Below are positions 56,426 through 64,000 of a stretch of DNA of 64,000 nt, piece by piece (within the stretch, counting starts at the first letter, position 1; the number at the start of each line of letters is the position of its first letter). Made by a program: the position numbers and the translations under genes. The stretch comes from Octopus vulgaris (Eukaryota). The stretch covers positions 197,904,001-197,968,000 of the forward strand of contig OX597815.1 of NCBI GenBank assembly GCA_951406725.2. The letters are read 5' to 3'. The notes under the pieces are model-generated. The model was not told where the DNA came from. It ran no database searches and worked only from the letters and a program-made list of their open reading frames with translations.

Positions 56426-56607
56426 GGTATAATTATAAAAGGCAAGTTTTAACCATTTCTCCGCACACTGAAAAGCAAATCACCTACCTTAATCGAAATG
56501 GAGACGAACAACATCCCTCCATGTGATCGGCTTGAAACATTGCAACGATATTCAGATATTTTCTATTTATTTTTATCGTAGTCTTAATTGAGAAATAATA
56601 TATATAT

Positions 56608-56850
56608 TCAGGGAGAAGTGAAGATGTAGTTGTTTTGAATCTGAAATCTGATACCAGTTTTATCTGCATGACAATTCCGTCTTTCTTTTTGATTGTCTTC
56701 CCTGGTGTGTGGTTTCCTACTGTGTTGCTTCTTCCACAATTTGTGGAATTTGATGTGTTTAACTATACTCCGAATGTCACCTTCAAATCCTGACATTTGC
56801 GGATTTGGTGGTGGGTAGTTCCTTGTTTTGAATGCATGCTTCATTTTCAA
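56608..56850 (-). pseudogene. Penelope-like element N-terminal fragment
   Basis: FKTRNYPPP...GFEGDIRSIVKHIKF...ADKT, resembling the pre-RT region and DKG/DKT motif of PLE ORFs. Confidence 0.6.
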
Positions 56851-57263
56851 GTTGTCAATCCTTACTTCTTCGCAACTTCATTCGTAAGTATGTAACAAAA
56901 ATTAGTCCAGCAACGGGTAGGACATCCCAGATCAGCTATGAAGCATCAAGTTTCTAGAATCATTTATTGCAGCAATTGTTATGTATTTTCCGCATATTTC
57001 CTTTACTGACATTATCATTTCTTTGATTTATATAATTTTAGTAAGAAACAATTGTATCTCTGATTTAGTTCAAAATTTGTAATGCGGTCGATTTCTTTAA
57101 TTGTACGCAATTATGGTTGGAAGCAGTCTCTTGAAATGCTTTATAACGTGATGATGAATGACCACACGTATATTACAGAGTAAATGGTTGTATCATTCAG
57201 CTGAACTTCTGCTAAATCTCAATAATTTTTGGCATCCATTATAACAATAATTTTTGGCATCCA

Positions 57264-57400
57264 TTCGGGGTCGATTAAATAAATACTAGTTACACACTGG
57301 GGTCGATATAATCAACTTAATCCGCTTGTCTGTCCTTGTTTGTCCTCTCTGTGTTTAGCCCCTTGTGGGCAGTAAAGAAATAGGTATTTCGTTTCTCCAT
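57264..57400 (+). mobile_element. SINE family A fragment
   Basis: Core end, Tx1-like tail and multimer junction AAAGAAATAGGTATTTCG. Confidence 0.85.
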
Positions 57401-58505
57401 ACTAACTTTATCTGGATTTTGTAGATTATTGTATTATCGTTTTGGTGCTTTCGAATACAGACTTCACTGGGTTGTAATATTTGATCTGACATACGTATTT
57501 TGCTTGGGATTTGAATATATATAAAAATGTATATCAAGATGGGTATTTCTTTTTTTTTTTTTGCTGAATTAATTTCGATGTGTCCCTTAAAATGTATTCA
57601 TCACACTCACTGTATTTATCCATTAAAAAAATCAACCTGCAGTAAATTCAGACAGAATTTGTGGTTATTTTCTTCTAATTCTGGATGGTTGGCTACTAGT
57701 GTAGATGTAAAGAATAACAATTTCGCTAAAATTTTACAAAATTTGACTTTCACTATTAACTATGTTACTTTTTGTTAAATACACCATGTTTGGGTCTATT
57801 ATTACAATTCTTCTCTTTTGCCCCAACGCCTAATTTTTCTCTGATTTTTTTGCTTGATGTGCTGACATTCAAATATATACATATTTTTACTTAGCACTTC
57901 CATTTTCTAATTGATGATCTGCGCTACTTACTTTGCTCGTTATGTTTGACCTTGTTTTTATTGTTTTTCTAGTCTTTCATGCATTTTGAGCATATTATCA
58001 GTATTACCATCTTTAGGTGTCTACTTTGTATACTTGCTTTCCACGTTGCTATGGACAAAAAAATTACGTAAATTTGTAACAGTTTTTTTTCGTTCGTGGT
58101 TTGCACTATCGTGGCAGAATAAGTTGGTCTTTGTAGGAAAAAGTCTATTATCTAAAGAATAATATTATGGAAATGTCGAGTGCCTCTATTCAAACAATCT
58201 ATGGAGGGAATAATATAAACGAAATACTTTCCTGCAAAAGGCATATTTCTCCTATTACATATCATCAAATTTTAGGGAAGAAAATGTGGAACCTACGAAG
58301 AATTCACAACGACCTCGAACCCACAAGAATAAACAAGAGAGACAGAGACAGGTAGAAACAAGGAAAATGCCACTTGTATTTGAACACTATAGAAATATTC
58401 TTATAAAAAAACTTTTCTTTTAATTTTTCTAATTAAACAATTAAATGTTACAGTTAAAAAAGTCTCAGCGTCTGAAACCGGTACTGAAATGTTTTTTATA
58501 ACATT

Positions 58506-59025
58506 ATTTTCGTCATTAGGTTCTGAGTTCAAATTCCGCCGAAGTCGATTTTCCTTTCATCCTTTCAGGGTCGATAAATTAGGTACCAGTTCCGCACTGG
58601 GGTCGATATAATCGACTTAATCCATTTGTATGTCTTTGTTTGTCCCCTCTGTGTTTAGCGCCTTATGGGTAGTAAAGAAATAGGTATTTCGTCTGCCGTT
58701 ACGTTCTAATACAAATTTCGCCGAGGTCGACTTTATCTTTCATCCTTTCGGGGTCGATTAAATAAATACTAGTTATGCACTGGGGTCGATATAATCAACT
58801 TAAACCGTTTGTCTGTCCTTGTTTGTCCTCTCTGTGTTTAGGCCCTTTTGTGTAGTAAAGAAATAGGTATTTCATTTCTCCATACGTTCTGAGCTCAAAT
58901 TCTGCCGAAGTCGACTTTGCCTTTCATCCTTCGGGGTCGATAAATTAAGTAACAGTGCCGTACTGGGGTCGATCTAATCGACTGGTCCCGTCACCCAAAA
59001 TTTCGGGCCTTGATTAGAAAAGAAT
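58506..59025 (+). mobile_element. SINE family A trimer (headless), last unit with alternative tail
   Basis: Junction TAGGTATTTC at 58681 and 58864 (183-bp period). Confidence 0.9.
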
Positions 59026-61181
59026 ATACCTTCAACGTTAACGAACAATTTGTCTTTTATTTATTGTTTCAATGAACAGTAAGGATCAAATTAAAGCATA
59101 TGATTTCTATTTAATGGGTATTTCTTTGCTTCCCACTCATAAAGTTCAATCACAGACGCAACAGAGCGAGAGAAAGCAAACACAAAGCAGACTCGAAAAT
59201 GCATGCAGTGACTATTTTAATTATTGAAGCAACACATTTCATGCTACGTGTATTTGTATCTAATGGAACTGGTAGGAGGGGAATCTCACGGGAATTGTTG
59301 AATGAGTTTGTGTCAAATTATTCTTGCTAGTACTATGCAGCAGACCGTGGAGAATAATATTCCAGAAATGTGGAATTAACTCGGTAGTTAAGGAGGAAAA
59401 CGTCGACCATTTTAATTACAGCACCAAGTCCATTTGTTATATATTCTGTGGAGAAATAAAGATAGATGTAGAAAAAGAGTGAAAGCAGCAAACATAGATA
59501 CATAGGGTCAGAAAGAAAGAGAGTGGTTTGAGAAATATTATAGGAAAAAATTGAAAGAAGAGAGAGAGAGGGAGAGGGAGAGGGGGAGAGGAAAGGAATA
59601 ACTAGATTGTGAGAGAAGGGCGGTTAAAGAGAAACAATACTACAATTTTCAATCGCTGCCCATGCATACGTATTGTCAAGCTGCCAAGCAAGTTTCACTG
59701 CACATTTAACAGACATTCAATGACTGTTAAGTTGTTTCAGCTGTACTTTTCCCGTCTAAATCATAGAGAATATATAGATTAAAGATAGATACATTTATTT
59801 TATTTTCCATTTCGTTTGAGTTATATTTTTATTTTATTTTCCATTCCGTTTGAGATGCATATATATTTATTTTTCTTTTAGATGTGTTGCAAGTCGTTAT
59901 TACATGTAGATTCTCACATATACATATTCAAATATTATGGTAAGTAAACAAAGTTAGGCCGCGGTACAAATGAGTTTAGAATCAGTTAATATAGACTATG
60001 CTATTTATTGGAAAATATTCGATCATCAAAAAACTTCCAGAGATTGTAATATTTCTGAATGGTTTCTGAATGGTTTTAGATATAGATTGTTACGGAATGC
60101 AAATCAGAAAGAAAAGTGAAATACTAGGTCACACCAAGAGAGAGAACCTAACTAGCATTCACACATACACTCGATCTCTTTGATATGTTCAAATGTTATA
60201 ATTTTAAGCCATGTTTATTATTTTGATGGCAATAGTTTAATAGTGCATCTTACGAGTTCTTCTTGTGTAAATCTTATGAAACGGTTTGATTCCAGTTCGC
60301 ATGCATGATAAATGCCTGGGTAATAAAGAAGATAATTTTATTTCAAAGAAAAGCAGAAGTCACTTTACACAAGTATAATGTATAGGATGCTTTTATATTA
60401 TACGAAAGCAGTGTATAAAGAATATTTATTATCATTAAATTCTGAATATTGTGATGTCGTAAAATGCTTTAGCTTTTAATAAATGTTTTAAAAATGCTTC
60501 TTTTTACTACAAGCAAATGTAGAGAATATAAAATTTACATTTCTGTATAACTTCTGTCTGTTCATTAAATGATGTCCATGTCAAGTATACTTTATATTAT
60601 ATGACAAGTTGTATATTAGGATATGGTATTTAAATATATCTCAGTTCGAAGAATAAATAATTCACTCATTAATCACGCTAGAATTATGTTTGATAACGAC
60701 ATTTATTTCATCAGTTTGCGTCACTTTAGGCTTAACTTTTCATTATGCGTTGATATATATATGCAAATAGAGAAGAACATAGAAAAACAAATAAAATAAA
60801 TAAATTATATCATCCATATGATGCAATAGAGGCAGCTCTTGATTACAATGTTATATGTCAAACATAACCTAAATATATGCATGGTTGAGAGGTTGCAGAC
60901 TGCTGTGGTTGTCCAGAGAAATGCCGCTTTAATAAGTAGTGTTTTCAAGTCATTATTCTTTAAACTTAGATGAAATCCCGTCGATGTTGCGGCTTGTCAT
61001 TACCCCACAATGAAGTCACTTTCTAGAAGTTGCTTCGACTTCACTCAAGTATATAAATATTTTGAATAAACATCTCTTTAGTTTTGAAAACCAGACGCTG
61101 GTCTGAAGGAAATTCAAATTATGCAACAGATGTAACGCTATGTTACATCTTTACCAATACGGTACACATAACTGGTCGTTA

Positions 61182-61467
61182 GCCACATGGCCTAGTGGTT
61201 AGAGCATCACACTCGCGGTCGAGAGATCTCATACCGGGGGATGTGTGTGTTTATGAGCGACAACACCTATGCTCCAAGCGGCTCCGGCAGAAGGTAGTGG
61301 CGAACTTCTGCTGACTCTTTCGCCACAACTTTCTATTACGCTTTCCTCCTGCACCTTGCAGTTCACCTGCGACGGACCAGCGTCCCGTCCAGGTGGGTAA
61401 CCTATACGCCAAGGAAACTGAGAAACCGGCCCTTATGAGTCAGGCATGGCTCGAGAAGGAACAAACA
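61182..61467 (+). mobile_element. SINE family C with a third tail type
   Basis: TGGCCTAGTGGTTAGAGCA head; tail CCTGCGACGGACCAGCGTCCCGTCCAGG...GGCTCGAGAAGGAACAAAC; ACATAACT flanking repeat. Confidence 0.85.
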
Positions 61468-61708
61468 ACATAACTTATACATAGGATTGAAAATCAGAGG
61501 ATACAGTTGTTGTTCGAGAAAAGCCCTTTTATAGACGCAGCTTATTAAATATGCAGTGCTCTTTAGAGCTCTTAGTATAATGAATACTGAAATCTGTTTG
61601 AGATTTTTGATTTAAACAAAGTGTTTAATTTTAACGCAGATACAAAACGCTGTCGCTACAACGAAGCTCATACTCTGAGACAAATCGAAAATTATTGTTC
61701 TTTGGCTC

Positions 61709-62115
61709 ACGCCGAGCCAAATGCGTAGCCGTATTTCGTCTGCCGTTACGTTCTGAGTTCAAATTCCCCCGAGGTCGACTTTGCCTTTCATCCTTTCGGA
61801 GCCGATTAAATAAGTAAGTACCAGATAGAAACTATGGCATTACAACCAGCCAGGAACAGTCTTCGCTACATTTGCGGTACCTGCCAGAGGGAGTGTTTGT
61901 CCAAGATAGGACTACACAGCCACAGCAGGAAATGTATCAGGACATGAAATGTAAAAGCCGGACTATACTACTTTATGCGCAACTCCATTGTCTCCCGAGA
62001 CAAAAAGGATGTCAACCAATGCACTGGGGTAAATATAATCGACTGAATCCGTTTGTCTGTCCTTGTTTTTCCTCTCTGTGTTTAGCCCCTCGTGGGTAGT
62101 AAAGAAATAGGTATC
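61709..62115 (+). mobile_element. SINE family A interrupted by an RTE 3' end
   Basis: 61709-61824 and 62019-62115 are contiguous parts of the family A consensus. Confidence 0.85.
61825..62018 (+). mobile_element. 5'-truncated RTE-clade LINE (C-terminal zinc finger plus 3' UTR)
   Basis: From 61867: YICGTCQRECLSKIGLHSHSRKCIRT* (RTE C..C...SRIGL.SH motif), then CCATTGTCTCCCGAGACAAAAAGGATG stem-loop tail. Confidence 0.85.
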
Positions 62116-62312
62116 ATAGTAGTCGTTGTTGTGAGTTTCTCTGTCATTGTGTGTTGCTAACACGGCAGTCATTTCTTTTCTTATGTGTTGTCACAGCACT
62201 CTGTCTGCTGGTTAATCTGCTACTCGCTGCTACCTACTGTTTTTGTAACCGGTCGACTACATTCCATCTGTCGTCTGACAGTAGGGATTACAATGCGCTA
62301 AAAGTAGCGATC

Positions 62313-62706
62313 TTTACTCTTTTACATGTTTCAGTCATTTGACTGCGACCATGCTGGAGCACCGCCTTTAGTCGCGCAATTCGACCCCGAGACTTATTCT
62401 TTGTAAGCCCAGTACTTATTATATCGGTCTCTTTTGCCGAACCGCTAGGTGACGGGGACGTAAACACACCAGCATCGGTTATCAAGCAATGCTAGGGGAC
62501 AAACACAGACACGCAAACACATACACATACATACACATACATATATATACATATATACAACAGGCTTCTTTCAGTTTCCGTCTACCAAATCCACTCACAA
62601 GGCATTGGTCGGCCCGGGGCTATAGCAGGAGACATTTGCCCAAGATGCCACGCAGTAGGACTGAACCCAGAACCATGTGGTTGGTTAGCAAGCTACTTAC
62701 CACACA
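62313..62706 (-). mobile_element. SINE family B, full length
   Basis: Reverse-complement match to other family B copies. Confidence 0.92.
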
Positions 62707-63077
62707 AAGCGCAAAAATAGCGTACTGTGTTTAGATCTGGTACCTCGTATGTGCGTGTGTGAGAGTGTATGTGTTTAATGCATATTACTGTAAATAAATT
62801 TTTGCGAGTTCTTGAACGAAACGCAGCGTCCTGTACGTAACACCTAAATACAAATCAAAATATTTTCCGAATTTAGGTATGTAGAGCAAAGATTACTTTG
62901 TGGAATCACATTATGGTATATCATATAAAGTGTACAAGTATGAAAACGGACTCATGTGCATATTATAAGAGAACAAATGTCTTTGTAATGTCGGACAATG
63001 TATAATGATTTATTGGTAATGTACTAGAAAAAAAAAGACAGTTCGATGTAGAGCATATTTTATTAGAAGGAAAATGT

Positions 63078-63484
63078 AATTAATATACATTATTAACATT
63101 CGATAGACATTTGTCCTTATCTTGTTTGTTGTTAACAACGTTTCGGCTGATATACCCTCCTGTCTTCTTCAGGTGTCTTGGGGAAATCTCGAACCTGGGT
63201 TCTCATTTCTAAGGTATTTTTCGATGAGATTATTAATATGGTTATTATTATTATTATTATTATTATTGCTGTTGTTGTTGTTCAGGTCACTACTTGGAAT
63301 CGAACTCGGAATCTTGGGGTTAGTAGCCCGCCCTCTTAACCACTACGCCAAATGCCCCAAGACACCTGAAGAAGGCTGGAGGGTATATCAGCCGAAACGT
63401 TGTGTTAACAACAAACAAGATGATAACAAATATCCGTCGAATGTAAATAATGTACATAATTCTTCATCTCTTAAATATAGAACT
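63078..63484 (-). mobile_element. SINE-like element E: tRNA head, (AAC/AAT)n, hammerhead-bearing tail, plus inverted tail copy
   Basis: Minus-strand A-box TGGCGTAGTGG and B-box GAGTTCGATTCC in 63285-63357; about 106-bp inverted arms at 63078-63183 / 63355-63461. Confidence 0.85.
63361..63406 (+). ncRNA. Minimal type I hammerhead ribozyme variant (predicted, dimer-type)
   Basis: GACAC-CUGAAGA-A-GGCUG(GAGGGUAUAU)CAGCC-GAAA-CG-UU-GUGUU: stem I GACAC/GUGUU, stem II 5 bp, palindromic ACGU stem III, GUU cleavage triplet. Confidence 0.7.
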
Positions 63485-64000
63485 GTAATTGATATATTTG
63501 AATATTTCGAGAGCTGAGCATAGATATTTCTTGATCATTAGGTAAGCTTTGATTAATTATACCAAATGCTCTACAAATATCTGAATAAAACGTCTGAGTA
63601 ATTTTTCTCTGTTGTTTACTTGTTTTTGGATGTAATATGAAAATTAACACGAACGTAAGTATGTAGTTTAAAATCTAAGAAAATTGTGATGCAAATATTC
63701 TTTAATGTCCATACAATAATATTTTTCCGTCGGATCCCAATAATTTTCGATAGGTGTTTTGATGCACAATCTGAATTTACGCAATATATTTTTTCATGAT
63801 ATCTTACTTGATGTGGCAATCTATAATCTTTCTGTTATGAACAACACGAACACACGGTAAGAAAGAATATAGAGACAGTAAAAAAAAATCATTTCGCAAA
63901 GGAAAAATATCTGCTAAATATATTGGGTACACAGCTACACAGCTAGGGAAATACAGTTATATTTATATCCACATTCAAACATGCTATGAATACACCTAAC

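Noticed and set aside
63285-63357. Functional tRNA gene
   Set aside because: Anticodon, T and acceptor stems have mismatches and it is fused to a repeat body; the same applies to the heads at 12024, 30048 and 61182.

Overview
AT-rich, repeat-dense eukaryotic DNA with no host gene, rRNA or bona fide tRNA gene that I can support. The SINE families and microsatellite load resemble octopus genomes; this comes from my recall of those repeats, not a database hit. The window contains: (i) a full-length but inactivated Tx1-clade LINE (41127-46574, CCHC ORF1 plus APE-RT-zinc finger ORF2) inserted with a 16-bp target-site duplication (TSD) into the tRNA head of a SINE; (ii) about 25 SINE copies from at least five families, labelled A-E here; (iii) fragments of CR1, RTE and Penelope-like (GIY-YIG) retroelements and of mariner and Sola2-like DNA transposons; (iv) long simple and composite tandem repeats and a 100-N gap. 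The most interesting signals are three. First, a tRNA-headed SINE ends in a minimal dimer-type hammerhead-ribozyme motif and carries a Penelope-style inverted tail copy (63078-63484), with related hammerhead-like motifs at 51237 and 19283. Second, the Tx1 LINE 3' UTR and SINE family A share a 26-nt 3' motif, suggesting a LINE-SINE partnership. Third, family A forms head-once/body-repeated multimers that appear to insert as single events. Most long ORFs in the supplied track are microsatellite artefacts.
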